Source: a virus (taxonomy: Duplodnaviria > Caudoviricetes). Taken from it: a DNA stretch of 64,000 nucleotides. Below, piece after piece: positions 1 to 10,770 of this stretch. Numbering within the stretch: the stretch's first letter is position 1; every line of letters begins with the position of its first letter. The position numbers were made by a program, and so were the translations under genes. The stretch spans positions 32,001 to 96,000 of the IMG/VR virus record IMGVR_UViG_2907233695_000001. The stretch is one strand, 5' to 3'. The notes beneath the pieces were generated by a model. It ran no database searches. It was not told the origin of the DNA and saw only the letters and a program-made list of their open reading frames with translations.

Positions 1-74
1 TCCTCAAGTAATTGCTCAACATTGCCATCTTCTTGCGATATGCGCTCTTTTAGTTGTTTGAGACTGTCTGACAT
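1..74 (-). CDS. 5' end of probable DNA primase (SPbeta YorJ-like position), runs off window
   Basis: ATG at 74 with RBS AGGAGGTGG; MSDSLKQLKERISQEDGNVEQLLE; follows the helicase as in SPbeta-like replication operons. Function inferred from synteny only. Confidence 0.5.
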   Translation of the reverse strand, partial: MSDSLKQLKERISQEDGNVEQLLE

Positions 75-96
75 GCCACCTCCTCCCATTGAGGAT

Positions 97-1056
97 TTAT
101 GCTAATAACAATAATTTATAGGCCATTGTTTCTCTTGCCATTTTACCTAACTCAGAATTTTTTACTACATTAATTAATTTTTCTGTATCTGCAATATCAA
201 ATTTTAAACCAGAATAAATTCCTTCTTCTTTTTTTCTCCATTTTATTTTAGCATTTATATTAAATTTATTTTTAAACATCTGTATGGCGTATTCAATCTC
301 GTCTCTGTTTAACCATTTCATGGCGAACTGTATATGACCGTTACCCTTACGGTAATTTTTAATTTCAAGCGATCCATCATCTAGATACCACACTGTCAAA
401 CTGTTTGGGTTGAGATTGTTTAGTAATTCATAAGTATTCATATCGTTATACCTATTTAAATTACGAATGTATCTAGTGTAAAAATAAAATTGATTTTGTC
501 TGTTGTATCCATCGCTTTCATTAAGTCTATATGAGAATTTTAATTCATTAATGGGACATAAATTTCTCATAACATCAAACTTGGCTTGACAATACTCCTT
601 TTGTGATTCTTGATGAAAAACTGTAAGAATACTGCTCTCACCTTTTCTTGTCAAAGCACCATCGCCAAGCACACTGCCAATTATTACATCATGTTGTAAT
701 TCACTAATTAAAAATTGTTCATGATGTTTTTCTTTTTGCATCTCATAAGTAATATTAAATTTTTGCAATCTCCTTCTAATTACGGTATGAGTAGTATTAT
801 ATATTTCAGCGATTTCTTCTGGTGATTTTTGTTCTTCTATGTATAAGTTATACAGGCATTCTCTTGTGTATTTATTTTTTTCTGGATCGTTCCTATCTCT
901 GTCTTCCCAAGTTATACCGTATTTCCGCAAATTAACATTTACTGTTACTGTTGTACATCCATAAATATCAGCTATTTCCTTGGTAGTTTTGAGTTGATTT
1001 ACAAACAAATCATATAATTCTTCTTTGTCGAATTTAAATTTAATTACACTCGCCAT
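97..1056 (-). CDS. Free-standing LAGLIDADG homing endonuclease with N-terminal HTH repeats
   Basis: Motifs IIGSVLGDGAL and LTVWYLDDGSL; two N-terminal repeats of the type LYxLxxxxxKxxxEIAxIY. Confidence 0.85.
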   Translation of the reverse strand: MASVIKFKFDKEELYDLFVNQLKTTKEIADIYGCTTVTVNVNLRKYGITWEDRDRNDPEKNKYTRECLYNLYIEEQKSPEEIAEIYNTTHTVIRRRLQKFNITYEMQKEKHHEQFLISELQHDVIIGSVLGDGALTRKGESSILTVFHQESQKEYCQAKFDVMRNLCPINELKFSYRLNESDGYNRQNQFYFYTRYIRNLNRYNDMNTYELLNNLNPNSLTVWYLDDGSLEIKNYRKGNGHIQFAMKWLNRDEIEYAIQMFKNKFNINAKIKWRKKEEGIYSGLKFDIADTEKLINVVKNSELGKMARETMAYKLLLLA

Positions 1057-1072
1057 TTATTACCTTCTCTCA

Positions 1073-2578
1073 TTAATAATTTTTATCGTCATAAACAGTT
1101 GTCCAACCAACTTCTTTGAATGTATTGTTATTAAAATTAGGTTTTAGAACAAGAACTCGTTGACCAGTTTTATTATCCATCCCTCGCCTGTTCTTTGACG
1201 TGAATAATAAAATCCACTGCTCTCCTTTATCAAGAGTAAATTCCTCTTCCTTATATCCTCCCATAAATGGATCAGGAACATATCTGGTTACTTTCAATTC
1301 GTGCTTCCCACCAGTTAATTCATCATCCCATACAGTACGAGACATAAACATTACAGAAGCCTCATTTTTTATTTTTTTACTTTCACCAAGAGCATGTTCA
1401 TTTAAAAATCTACGGTTTAACGCAGAGTCGGATAATTGAACGTTGACCCACATTGCAAGGTTCAACCCTCCTCCGTTTGTTCTAGCCAATTTATAAAGTT
1501 CTTTGAAATCATCGGTCATAACTTCCCATCTTGCCTTATCGCTCATACCCTCGCTAGGCTTTCCGGTATCTACCAGAACTCTTCTGATTCCCCTAGCTGC
1601 ATAATGCTTAATCAATTTCTTAACATCATCAATGATGTAATTTTCCATAAAAACGAATGTGACAATTTTTTCATCACCTTCGCATAACTCTTTTACCCAA
1701 TCCGCTGCTTTTTTCAGTTTTTCATGTTCTTCATCCGTAAAATTACCCTCATTTAACCTTTGTCTTTGTATGGAAGACTTCGTTCCAACTCCCATCGCTG
1801 TTACATAGAGAAGCTTTTTAAACTCACTCAATGACTGCTCATTACAGATTACCAATAGTTTTTCTTTATGTTCGATACAAGACATAACAACCTTGTTAAA
1901 AACTATGCTCGTTTTCCCAGACCCCCCGAAGCCACCAAATATGTATACATTTCCATAGTCCCAACCTGTACAAATTCGCGTCATTTTCTCGCTTTGATAA
2001 AATGGAAGTCCTACAGCAGGATTTTGATCCCACTCCTCTACTGCATCCTCTAGCCCTTCTAGAAGATAATGTTCATCATATTTGTTATCACCATCCAAAG
2101 CTAATTGATTTAGCTTGTCATTCCAATATGTATGCAATTGCTCTTTAGTCATCTTTTTATAATTATATTTTCCATCTGACTCCAAAACTTTTTCACCAAA
2201 TAAATCAACTAAACTTTTAATCAAATTGTATTTTTTAATTTCATTATAGTGTGCATCTAAGTTATCCTCCTTCCCCTTTACTTCTTTCATCAACTCCTGA
2301 ATTGTTTCAGTCCCACCGTATTTTTCGTGATATTTATCCAATTTCATTTCTTGAATAATTTTAGCAACACTAATATCATCAAAAATAACAATTCCCTTAT
2401 TTGCTAACTCTCTTCCTAGTCCATAAAAATAGCCATAAACTTCATTTAAGAATGTTTTTGAGTTAATTTTCTCTTGAGAATAAAAATTATATAAATCTGG
2501 ATTATTCCAAAATAAAGCGGCAAGGTATCCTTCTGATACAACAACTTCTTTTTGTAATCTCTCTTTAATTGTTGTCAT
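1073..2578 (-). CDS. dnaB: Replicative DnaB-family helicase (YorI-like)
   Basis: Walker A GGFGGSGKT, NEQ motif, VLVDT Walker B, VQL, KNRRG arginine finger. Confidence 0.85.
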   Translation of the reverse strand: MTTIKERLQKEVVVSEGYLAALFWNNPDLYNFYSQEKINSKTFLNEVYGYFYGLGRELANKGIVIFDDISVAKIIQEMKLDKYHEKYGGTETIQELMKEVKGKEDNLDAHYNEIKKYNLIKSLVDLFGEKVLESDGKYNYKKMTKEQLHTYWNDKLNQLALDGDNKYDEHYLLEGLEDAVEEWDQNPAVGLPFYQSEKMTRICTGWDYGNVYIFGGFGGSGKTSIVFNKVVMSCIEHKEKLLVICNEQSLSEFKKLLYVTAMGVGTKSSIQRQRLNEGNFTDEEHEKLKKAADWVKELCEGDEKIVTFVFMENYIIDDVKKLIKHYAARGIRRVLVDTGKPSEGMSDKARWEVMTDDFKELYKLARTNGGGLNLAMWVNVQLSDSALNRRFLNEHALGESKKIKNEASVMFMSRTVWDDELTGGKHELKVTRYVPDPFMGGYKEEEFTLDKGEQWILLFTSKNRRGMDNKTGQRVLVLKPNFNNNTFKEVGWTTVYDDKNY

Positions 2579-2588
2579 TTAAGCCTCC

Positions 2589-3155
2589 TTAAATAAAACT
2601 TGATATGTCATTATTTACTTCTTTCTTTTTGAATTCGACTTTTGTCTCAATCTTTTCTTGTGATTTATTTTTTTGAATTTCAGCCAACTCTTTTCTTCTC
2701 TTCTCATTGATGGCGTGATTCTTCGCATCTGCAAGATTATTTCTAACTATAGCTAATCCGTATTTTAATTCTGCTTGGAGATTCTTAAATCGAACAGTTT
2801 TTCTTGCTAGTCGAATCTTATCTTTGCAAAACTCAAGAGTGTATTCAATCCCTTCGTAAGGAATGCCATTTTTATAAGACTTCCCTAACTTTCCAAAGAG
2901 TTTAGAATCGTTTCTGATATCTTCGATATAAGGCCAGATTTGATGAGGAATCATTTGAATCGATTCTAGTTCATATATTTCCGCAATCTTTTCAGCAAGC
3001 TTATCCTTCTTATCGCGTTCTATTCTCTTGAATTCTTTATCTTTTATGTATTTCGGCAAACATTCTAAGTGTATGTATCCTTTTGGATGCTCCTTAGTCA
3101 TCTTTTCTTTTAAATCTTTTGCTTCACACCATTGGCATTTAACTTGTGCCAACAT
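2589..3155 (-). CDS. Zn-finger replication protein / helicase-loader candidate (YorH-like)
   Basis: Start reassigned to ATG 3155 (RBS GGAGGTG); CQWC...HLEC motif; directly upstream of helicase. Confidence 0.6.
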   Translation of the reverse strand: MLAQVKCQWCEAKDLKEKMTKEHPKGYIHLECLPKYIKDKEFKRIERDKKDKLAEKIAEIYELESIQMIPHQIWPYIEDIRNDSKLFGKLGKSYKNGIPYEGIEYTLEFCKDKIRLARKTVRFKNLQAELKYGLAIVRNNLADAKNHAINEKRRKELAEIQKNKSQEKIETKVEFKKKEVNNDISSFI

Positions 3156-3167
3156 CTCACCTCCCAT

Positions 3168-3213
3168 TTGCCACTCAATCAATATTCCATTATAATATAA
3201 GAACATATATTCC
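3168..3213 (+). promoter_or_regulatory. SigA promoter with LexA (Cheo) box over the start site
   Basis: TTGCCA(3168)-17-TATAAT(3191); AGAACATATATTCC at 3200-3213 resembles CGAAC-N4-GTTCG. Confidence 0.7.
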
Positions 3214-3228
3214 CGTAAAGGTGATACC

Positions 3229-3612
3229 ATGACTAACAACCACGCAACTAACGAAGAGATGGAACTAATCAAGAAGCACATTATCCTTCCCTTGATGCTG
3301 GATGTAGTGCAGAAAAACATAGAGGATTTGAGCCTCAATCAGTCTACGCTTAAACCACTTTACATTGCTTCCTGCGAAGCCGTGATGAATCTAATCCATC
3401 AGGATATGGCAGAGAATAGAAAGTTGCTTAAACAAGCTAACATAAAGATATTTGATCGAGATCAATCCAAGTATCCTTTGTTCCACTATCCATACATGGT
3501 GCGAGGATACCATTTCACGTTTCAAATGCGCAGAGAGTTAATCAAGAGTGAGATGAGCACGATGCTCCCCAAGTATGTCAATCGCGTTATCCAAATTATG
3601 AATGGGCAATGA
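3229..3612 (+). CDS. YhjD-like SOS-inducible protein
   Basis: HIILPLMLDVVQKN...LKPLY pattern recalls Bacillus YhjD; LexA-boxed promoter upstream. Confidence 0.55.
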   Translation: MTNNHATNEEMELIKKHIILPLMLDVVQKNIEDLSLNQSTLKPLYIASCEAVMNLIHQDMAENRKLLKQANIKIFDRDQSKYPLFHYPYMVRGYHFTFQMRRELIKSEMSTMLPKYVNRVIQIMNGQ

Positions 3613-3622
3613 AACCGAGATT

Positions 3623-3817
3623 TTAATGCAACTCAATCTTCTTAAATCTTGGTTTTGCACCATGTTCAGTCTCAACAAATCCGAAGAACATATCCTTTGG
3701 ACGTAGCCAAATGTTGCCACTTTCATTCTGATACACAACATATTCTTCTAGTGTTTCCGTATGTACGCCTTCACCAATGTATGTATAGATTCCACCTTTG
3801 TAATGCTGAAACTTCAT
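3623..3817 (-). CDS. DUF1653 family protein
   Basis: HYKGGIY...HTETLEEYVVY...WLRPKDMF signature. Confidence 0.85.
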   Translation of the reverse strand: MKFQHYKGGIYTYIGEGVHTETLEEYVVYQNESGNIWLRPKDMFFGFVETEHGAKPRFKKIELH

Positions 3818-3833
3818 ATTTTATCCTCCTATG

Positions 3834-3891
3834 TATAGATGATATAATCACTACCAAGATTTAACTCGGTAATGTGATTATATCATCTATA
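3834..3891. repeat. 18-bp perfect inverted repeat
   Basis: TATAGATGATATAATCAC (3834-3851) / GTGATTATATCATCTATA (3874-3891). Confidence 0.85.
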
Positions 3892-3925
3892 GTTTATTTT
3901 AAACAATACTTTTTCGTAATTTATT

Positions 3926-4438
3926 TTAACTAATTCTTAGATGCATTTTATCGGTAATGAGCTGCACACCCTCAATTTCTTTACCTGCTTTCAAATCCTC
4001 TAGGATGCTCTTATTATCGATTTTGTCAGGTTGAGGGATACGATAAGCCTCTGGGATTTTTGTCTCATCTACAACGCCAACAGATGGGTTGTTCTTTTGT
4101 AGTCTTGCAGTAAACTTACCAGCCTTAATCTTATCAATGCCATTTACCTCAAGAACACTTTGCGTATATGATTTCAGGCCATCAAACTTATTCTCCAGAT
4201 ACTTGCGCTTTTGAGCCAAACGTTTCTCTTCTTCTTTATACGCCTTAATATCCCCTTCGATATTCTTCATAAACTTGGCGATATTCTCAACCTTATTCTC
4301 CAATGCATCTTGAATGCCATCAAGAGTATCGATGAACATCTGCAAATCGTCTTCGGTCAAATCCTCTTGATCCAATGCAGCTTCAACAAATTCATTAAAT
4401 GCTCTGTACTGGTCAGCCAATGCGTAAAGTTGTGTCAT
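3926..4438 (-). CDS. Siphovirus Gp157 family protein
   Basis: LYALADQY...KVENIAKFMKN...EEKRL...KIPEAY...KIDNKSILEDLKAGKEIEG; ATG 4438 has an RBS. Confidence 0.85.
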   Translation of the reverse strand: MTQLYALADQYRAFNEFVEAALDQEDLTEDDLQMFIDTLDGIQDALENKVENIAKFMKNIEGDIKAYKEEEKRLAQKRKYLENKFDGLKSYTQSVLEVNGIDKIKAGKFTARLQKNNPSVGVVDETKIPEAYRIPQPDKIDNKSILEDLKAGKEIEGVQLITDKMHLRIS

Positions 4439-4560
4439 ATGTATACACTCTCCCATTATTTATTTAATATTATTTATGTATTTTGCATTTAATTTATGTC
4501 GTTAAAATTACAATTTCATCGTAATTTACGTATTAAAAATTCCTTATAATCATTGATTTT

Positions 4561-5406
4561 TTAAACAGCCTCGTGGTGCAATTTTTTTAATCTCTCAACG
4601 GTTTTTTCACAATATCCTCGATCCTGTTCAATACATATCCATTTTCTATTGTTTATCTCTGCTGCAACAGCCGTAGTTCCACTACCGCTTGTATTGTCAA
4701 GAACAACATCTCCTTCACTTGTATAGGTTTTAACCAGCCACTCAAATAATTCAACAGGTTTTTGAGTTGGATGTAATTTGCCACTAGAGTTATGAACACA
4801 TTTTATGTATAACATTTCATTTTCAAGTTCTAATGCATCTAATGCATAAGCGTCTTCATAATCAATTACATCATCTGGCATAAGCCAATCACTTTGACGA
4901 TCTATGTATTCTTCTCTCTGCTTACCGTAATTTGTTGTCTTAGAGTTTGTCTTATTCCCTGATTTAACTTGAAATGTTCTTGGAATCTGCTGCGGATTAT
5001 AAGTTGGAGGATTTTTATAAAATACAACAATATCCTCAAATGCACCCATCGGCATTTTCCTAGCATTGAGATTTCCTGTTTTTAAATTTTTGCGCCACAC
5101 CATACAATATTTGAATAGTTTTTGGTTACTCATTATAAGCATACTTGTAAATGGTTGTTTACCAGTTAAAACGATTGCTCCGTTATCAGCAATGATTCTC
5201 TCGTACTGTTCCCAAAGTTTGTTAAAAGGAATGACTTCATCCCATTTATTTTGAGTTGTACCGTATGGAAGGTCAGCCAAGATTAGATTAATCGATTTTT
5301 CTGGTAATTTAGACATTTCTTCAATAGTTTCACCATTTAAGAGCATACCAAATTTATTGTAATAGAAACTTTGTTTTGCCAGTTCTCCTAATTTGATAAA
5401 TATCAC
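4561..5406 (-). CDS. Orphan N6A/N4C DNA methyltransferase (beta class)
   Basis: DLPY catalytic motif, HPTQKP, LDNTSGSGTT SAM-binding motif; no restriction gene adjacent. Confidence 0.9.
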   Translation of the reverse strand: MIFIKLGELAKQSFYYNKFGMLLNGETIEEMSKLPEKSINLILADLPYGTTQNKWDEVIPFNKLWEQYERIIADNGAIVLTGKQPFTSMLIMSNQKLFKYCMVWRKNLKTGNLNARKMPMGAFEDIVVFYKNPPTYNPQQIPRTFQVKSGNKTNSKTTNYGKQREEYIDRQSDWLMPDDVIDYEDAYALDALELENEMLYIKCVHNSSGKLHPTQKPVELFEWLVKTYTSEGDVVLDNTSGSGTTAVAAEINNRKWICIEQDRGYCEKTVERLKKLHHEAV

Positions 5407-5488
5407 CTCAAAGTTATTGTTTAATTAAGATAAAATCATGTTTTCGTGGGCTTTTCTGTTTTGAAAAACCCTTATAAATGCTGAATTT

Positions 5489-5914
5489 TTAACACATGTC
5501 TACCACGGTCAAAACTTTCCTCAAGTTGTCTTTAAACTCATCTAGTGTGTAATAAAAAGCAGTATAATCATTTCCATGGTTCTCAAAATGACACACAACC
5601 CACTTGGGCAAATTTTCAAATTTGTGTTTATGTGCATGGCTCAACCAAGACATCCATGTATTATCATCGGCATTTCCTGAGTGCAACTGCTCATATAGTT
5701 CAACCTGTGTTTCATCTTCAAAATAAACTAATTTAATTTGCTTGTTGTAAGCAGGGAAGTAATCAGAGATGTCAATTTGATTGATAAGATTAAGTGTCTC
5801 GTGAACTAATGCATCTTCTTCTCTTTCGAATTCTCTTCCATCTGCTGTGACAAAAATTTCTTTCTCTTGCATCTGCTCAACTTTTACAGGAACTTGCTTC
5901 ATGATCTTTTCCAT
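5489..5914 (-). CDS. Hypothetical phage protein
   Basis: 141-aa ORF with RBS GGAGGAG. Confidence 0.7.
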   Translation of the reverse strand: MEKIMKQVPVKVEQMQEKEIFVTADGREFEREEDALVHETLNLINQIDISDYFPAYNKQIKLVYFEDETQVELYEQLHSGNADDNTWMSWLSHAHKHKFENLPKWVVCHFENHGNDYTAFYYTLDEFKDNLRKVLTVVDMC

Positions 5915-5931
5915 TCTATATTCTCCTCCTC

Positions 5932-6129
5932 TTAATCAGCCACAGCATAAGCATGTTCGCACTCAGCCGTTTCAACTCTATCCTTACACTTGCAACCATT
6001 ACCTTTCTCGCAGTCCCAATACACTCTCCTGTTCCCACAGTCGCAGCGACTATCTACCCCATCCCAACCTCTACAATCTTCACATTTATCATCACCAGCA
6101 AAATCAAACCAAACTTCATTGTTATCCAT
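5932..6129 (-). CDS. Small Cys-rich protein
   Basis: CEDCRGWDGVDSRCDCGNRRV; RBS AGGAG. Confidence 0.65.
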   Translation of the reverse strand: MDNNEVWFDFAGDDKCEDCRGWDGVDSRCDCGNRRVYWDCEKGNGCKCKDRVETAECEHAYAVAD

Positions 6130-6207
6130 TGGTTATACATTCTCCTTTGCATATGTATATAAATGTTCGCTTATGTAAATAATTTTAATGCATCGAAGAA
6201 CTTGCTT

Positions 6208-6244
6208 CCCTTCCGAAGAGTCTGCCATTGGGTGGACTCTTTTT
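6208..6244 (+). terminator. Hairpin with U-tract on + strand
   Basis: AAGAGTCTGCC-ATT-GGGTGGACTCTT followed by a T run. Confidence 0.45.
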
Positions 6245-8102
6245 CATGAGGAAATGCTGCTTTTATCAACTTTCAAGTTCATTAAGAAGATATCTAAACT
6301 CGGCTAATTTTGTACAATAAAATTCATATTTCTGTTGCGCTAACTCATATTTATGCTTATGTTCTATTCGTTCTTGATCAAAATTAGCAACACATTTTTC
6401 ATAACTATTAATATATTTTTGTAAATTGGCCTTGGTTGATTCAATGCTCATTTTAGAATCCCTTCCTTATAAATTCTTTATTGCGAATAAAAATTACTGA
6501 ACTTGTCTTCGATTGATTTAAGCTTATTCATAACAATTCGCAAGTCCTCTTCGATTTCTTCTTTAAACCTCTCAATACTACCGTCATAAAAGTATAAATC
6601 GGCAGATAAATCAGTTGCTTTACATTTGAGTCTATGGTACTCATGCAAATATTCAATGGCCTGATTTTTCATATTTCACCCTTTGAAATCCAAGTTTATT
6701 GTAAATCACTTTTGTTACAATACTCATGACAACTTTCTGCCTCTGTTAAGAAGTCGCCTATTGGTTTATTAAATTCCCCACAATAAATCATGTATATTTT
6801 TTCTTTGACATCACTACTTCTAACCTCGCACCATCCATCTGTATGAATACATCTAGTGCATGATTTTTCATTGTCCCAATTAGGGAATAACTCTTTAACT
6901 TTCGAAACCAATTCCTCCCAATCTTTTCCCACCTCGGCGCACTCCATTCGAAATACAGATTTATTTGCTTAAATACTCAGTATATCTATTTGAATTTGCA
7001 GCAAAATCATACAATACATCGACAAACTTGTCTGCGTTTTGATTGCCGCTATCGTAAGCAGCGTTCACAATTCTCCATAGATCAATCGCATCTTCTAAAG
7101 ACATTGTAAGTGTGAATTCTGGCTTAACTGGCTTCGTTGTTTCATTTAACTCCATGCATCATTCTCCCATTGAAATAAGATTTTTATTTGCCTTTTCATT
7201 CTGGTTGCATAGAAATAAAGTAATTATCTAAATCATCAATATGTTCCATTTCCTCTAAGTTACCATTGTCTTTTGCAGAATAATAACCTCGCTCCAATAA
7301 TTTACGAAGTAGATGATAATCCTTTTCGGTAATTTCAATTTGTAATGTTTTCATTTTTAACCTCCCTATGAAAGAAGAATTTTAATTTATTTTCTTTCGA
7401 TAACATTTGCGGCATATGTTTTAGGGTAAGCCCCAATTTTACCTAGAGCTTTTAAAATAATGTCCTTTTCAGTGGAATTTTCTTCAATTTCAACCTCTAC
7501 AACTTTAGATGCTTTCATGAATGGATTTGGTACATAAACACCAAAGTAAAAATAAACATCATACGTTTTTATTTTCATCATCCTCCAAATACTTCTCCAA
7601 TGCCCACTGAAGATGCTGCGACTTAGTTTGGTACTCCACTCTACTCATACGAATGTCATGGAGCACCTTCTTTATGTCCTTACCCTGTCTCATTATTTCA
7701 TTAACCATATCATCAATCTCATTTTTGTTTATGTATTCAATTACTTTGTTTATGTTTATCAACACCAGTTCTCAACTTGAAGTGTTCTTCACCTTTGACT
7801 TCCTGTTCAGTGGATCGTCTACATCTTAAGCAGCGGTTCAAATGTTCGCTTGCATATAGTTCAACTTCGTGGCCTTCAAATGCACAGTGGATACAGGTCT
7901 CTTTAGTTATGGCTTCTCAACTCCCTCAATTGCTCAAGTGCCTTCAGTTGATCTTCGAGCGAGTATTTGCCGAGGAGAGTTGCAAGCTCAGATAGAACAT
8001 CATCAAATTTTTCTTCTGGGATTGAATGAATCAGTTCTTTAAAATTCGATAATGACTCTTTCGGTTCCATGTTATCAACTCCCGTTGAAAGCATTGTTTG
8101 AT

Positions 8103-8900
8103 TTAGAACATAATAGCACTTGAAATACTCTCTACAGTCTTCAAAACGTCATTTTTTTCACGTAATACATGAGCATTAAATTTGCTATTTTGAACATTTC
8201 GATATGCGCTCATAATTGTACTGCTTCGACTATATTGATTGATTTCAACATATTCGAACTGATTTACTTTGTTCAAGATATCCTTTAATACACGAACAGA
8301 TACATCATTGTCGCTCGTAAGATTATCGCCATCACTATATTGGAATACATAGATATCTTGATTCTCATAATCAATATAGTTAATGCGTTCATTTGCTTTA
8401 TTTAGGCCAGAGGAGATAATAGTCCCACCTGATTCGCCTTTTACAAAGAATACATCTCTATGTACTTCTTGCGCTTCGGTATGGTGAGAAATAAACCTAT
8501 GGTTAACTTTCTCATACTTTAGTTCAATTAATTTTTCAGTCCACAATGACACGCATTGGCTCAAATACTTTTCAAATGATCCCATAGAACCAGAAGAGTC
8601 AATAATGGAGATAATCGTTGCAGATTTTTTCTTGGTGATTGGAGTAACAATATTCAATTTGTTTTTTAGTGCTGTAAATATAGATTCTACATTTTCATTT
8701 CCGATAATTACATATTCGTCTGCCAGTGAATACTTCAGATCAGTAGTTGTAATAATATTGCTTTGCATACGTTTTAGGATTTCATTTTTCATATCTTCGA
8801 CTTGTCTGTGAAGTTGTGGCTCTTTATCGAAAGCAGCTCTACCAAATGATTTTGCAAAATCCTCTAGAAGTTTCTTGTTATCAATTGTATTAAGTTCCAT
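8103..8900 (-). CDS. YhbH/YeaH (DUF444) C-terminal vWA-domain protein
   Basis: DSSGSMG MIDAS motif, FISHHTEAQEV, GESGGTIISS, SDGDNLTSDN as in sporulation protein YhbH; ATG 8900 has RBS AGGAG. Confidence 0.85.
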   Translation of the reverse strand: MELNTIDNKKLLEDFAKSFGRAAFDKEPQLHRQVEDMKNEILKRMQSNIITTTDLKYSLADEYVIIGNENVESIFTALKNKLNIVTPITKKKSATIISIIDSSGSMGSFEKYLSQCVSLWTEKLIELKYEKVNHRFISHHTEAQEVHRDVFFVKGESGGTIISSGLNKANERINYIDYENQDIYVFQYSDGDNLTSDNDVSVRVLKDILNKVNQFEYVEINQYSRSSTIMSAYRNVQNSKFNAHVLREKNDVLKTVESISSAIMF

Positions 8901-10025
8901 GTTATTTCTCCTTTTTTTATGTATTAAAGGTTTATTTATCTTCGATTCCGTCAATTTCTATATAATATAACCTTGATAACAAACTTTTGGGGTCTTTACC
9001 TCCTACTTTTCCGGTTAAAATCTACCTTTCATTTCCAATAAATGATTGGATTAGCCCAAAAATGAATCATTTGTCTAATTGATTTATTTATCACTTCTTT
9101 TGTTTCTTCAGTTAGATTGTCTTGCTTAAGCAAATTCAAGAAATAATCCATTTCCTCTTTAAAATTATCCCAAGTTTTTAATTTAACTTCTTCCAATTCC
9201 ATAGGTGTAGTAATTAATTGTGATGGCAATGCTATATCTTGTTCCAATAACTTCACCTCGATTCCAATCAAATTTGCCTTTCAAAGGTATTTATCAATGA
9301 ACCATTGACATCCAAAAGAGAACATGGCTATGGAAACTATTAAAACTTTTTCAACTCTAAATTGAGTTTGTTCCACTATTCCATAAGAGATTCCAAACAT
9401 TAAGGATGACCAATTCCACTCTGCAAACAAATTTACATTCTTAGTCATTCTTTCCTCCGTATTCATTTCATCTATTGTAATTCCAATTTATATAATTAAT
9501 TTCTAAATGTCCTAACGATAAAGTCCAATCAAGACAAGAATCGATTCCTTTTCTTGCTCCATTCGTACTAATCCCCCATTGTGCTTCCGTGTTGGCATCA
9601 GAATCATCTGGATATAGCCGTTTATTTTCTTTTCTGATTCCACGAAACCACGATATATTTAAAGTTCTTGTGTTCTTTTTCCACCACAATTCAAAAATTC
9701 TCATTTTCATCTCCCTCATAAAATTCGCTTTTCAACGGTTTTTCAACTCGTCAATTTCATTCTGCTGGTCTTCGATTATCCTCTTTAACCTATCAATGAA
9801 TAACTCTTTACCGACCATCAATTCATTTACTCTGTTCGTCTGTGATTTAAGACGCTTAATCTCTTCTTCGTACCACATGTCATTATTCTTTACTTTTCCA
9901 AGTGTATAATTTACTTTATCTGCTGCAAGAGATGCGATATGATCCATCTGTTCATTACTTAACGTAACATTAAAACTTAAACCCTTCAGAGTACATCACC
10001 TCACTTTCCTCAAGAAAGTTCCATT

Positions 10026-10298
10026 TTATCCAATTACTCGATACCTCGTATAGTGCTCATGAACTTCTGGCTCTAGAATTTTTTCATCGACCATTCGATT
10101 GATCAAGCGCTCTCCCTGTTTATAGCCTACTCTACAAGTCCTTTGTAATAACGATACAGAAGCGTATGCCTCATTCTCCGGATGGCTCTCTTTGGCTTTT
10201 ATTACAGCAGCTACAGCAAGAGGATATTTTTCTTCTTCCTGTTGTCTAAGAAATGCTTCCCATCTTTCATTTTCTTCTTTTTTTGGCTTCTTAGCCAT
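10026..10298 (-). CDS. Stand-alone FtsK/SpoIIIE gamma-like winged-helix protein
   Basis: ASVSLLQRTCRVGYKQGERLINRM matches the gamma-domain consensus ASxSxLQRxxRIGYxRAxRLxxxM. Confidence 0.7.
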   Translation of the reverse strand: MAKKPKKEENERWEAFLRQQEEEKYPLAVAAVIKAKESHPENEAYASVSLLQRTCRVGYKQGERLINRMVDEKILEPEVHEHYTRYRVIG

Positions 10299-10329
10299 TA
10301 AGTTTATGCCTCCTCATAAAAGTCCAATT

Positions 10330-10695
10330 TCAAACCCATTCCATCAACTCTCGAACAGTAGGAATATCGGCCTCAAGAAAATCATACATCCAAAGTTCAT
10401 CTCTCTTAATCCAAGCTAAAGCTTCATGTTCGTAAAGTACTGGTTTACCCAATTCGATATCGCACATATATGTAAGCAATCGAATGTTGTCGTGTTGAAC
10501 ATCTTTTACCATATCACCGACTTTTACTTCGCATCCAATCTCTTCGATTACTTCTCTCCGCAAAGCTTCTTCAGGGGTTTCGTCTTCTTCAACTTTCCCA
10601 CCAATAAACTCCCATTTGTTATATTTATATCGCTTACCACATAAAAATCTGTCAGTATCGCTGTTATAGATTACTGCTCCGACAACTAATTGCAT
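10330..10695 (-). CDS. Nudix hydrolase (MutT/NudG-like)
   Basis: Nudix box GGKVEEDETPEEALRREVIEEIG; C-terminal FLEADIP. Confidence 0.9.
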   Translation of the reverse strand: MQLVVGAVIYNSDTDRFLCGKRYKYNKWEFIGGKVEEDETPEEALRREVIEEIGCEVKVGDMVKDVQHDNIRLLTYMCDIELGKPVLYEHEALAWIKRDELWMYDFLEADIPTVRELMEWV

Positions 10696-10722
10696 TTTGT
10701 CACTTCCTAATATCATTGGGGT

Positions 10723-10767
10723 TTAACTTCCATACTCCTGAAACACATCTCGTCTACCGCGTTTATA
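10723..10767 (-). pseudogene. Orphaned duplicate 3' end of the gene at 11267-11563
   Basis: Translates YKRGRRDVFQEYGS*, versus YKKGRRDIFQEYGK* at 11267-11311. Confidence 0.85.
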
Positions 10768-10770
10768 AAT

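Noticed and set aside
6156-6169. LexA box
   Set aside because: Only one good half-site (GTTCG).
10717-10770. Possible tRNA or intron remnant after the HNH gene
   Set aside because: No cloverleaf; explained as the duplicated 3' end of the upstream gene.
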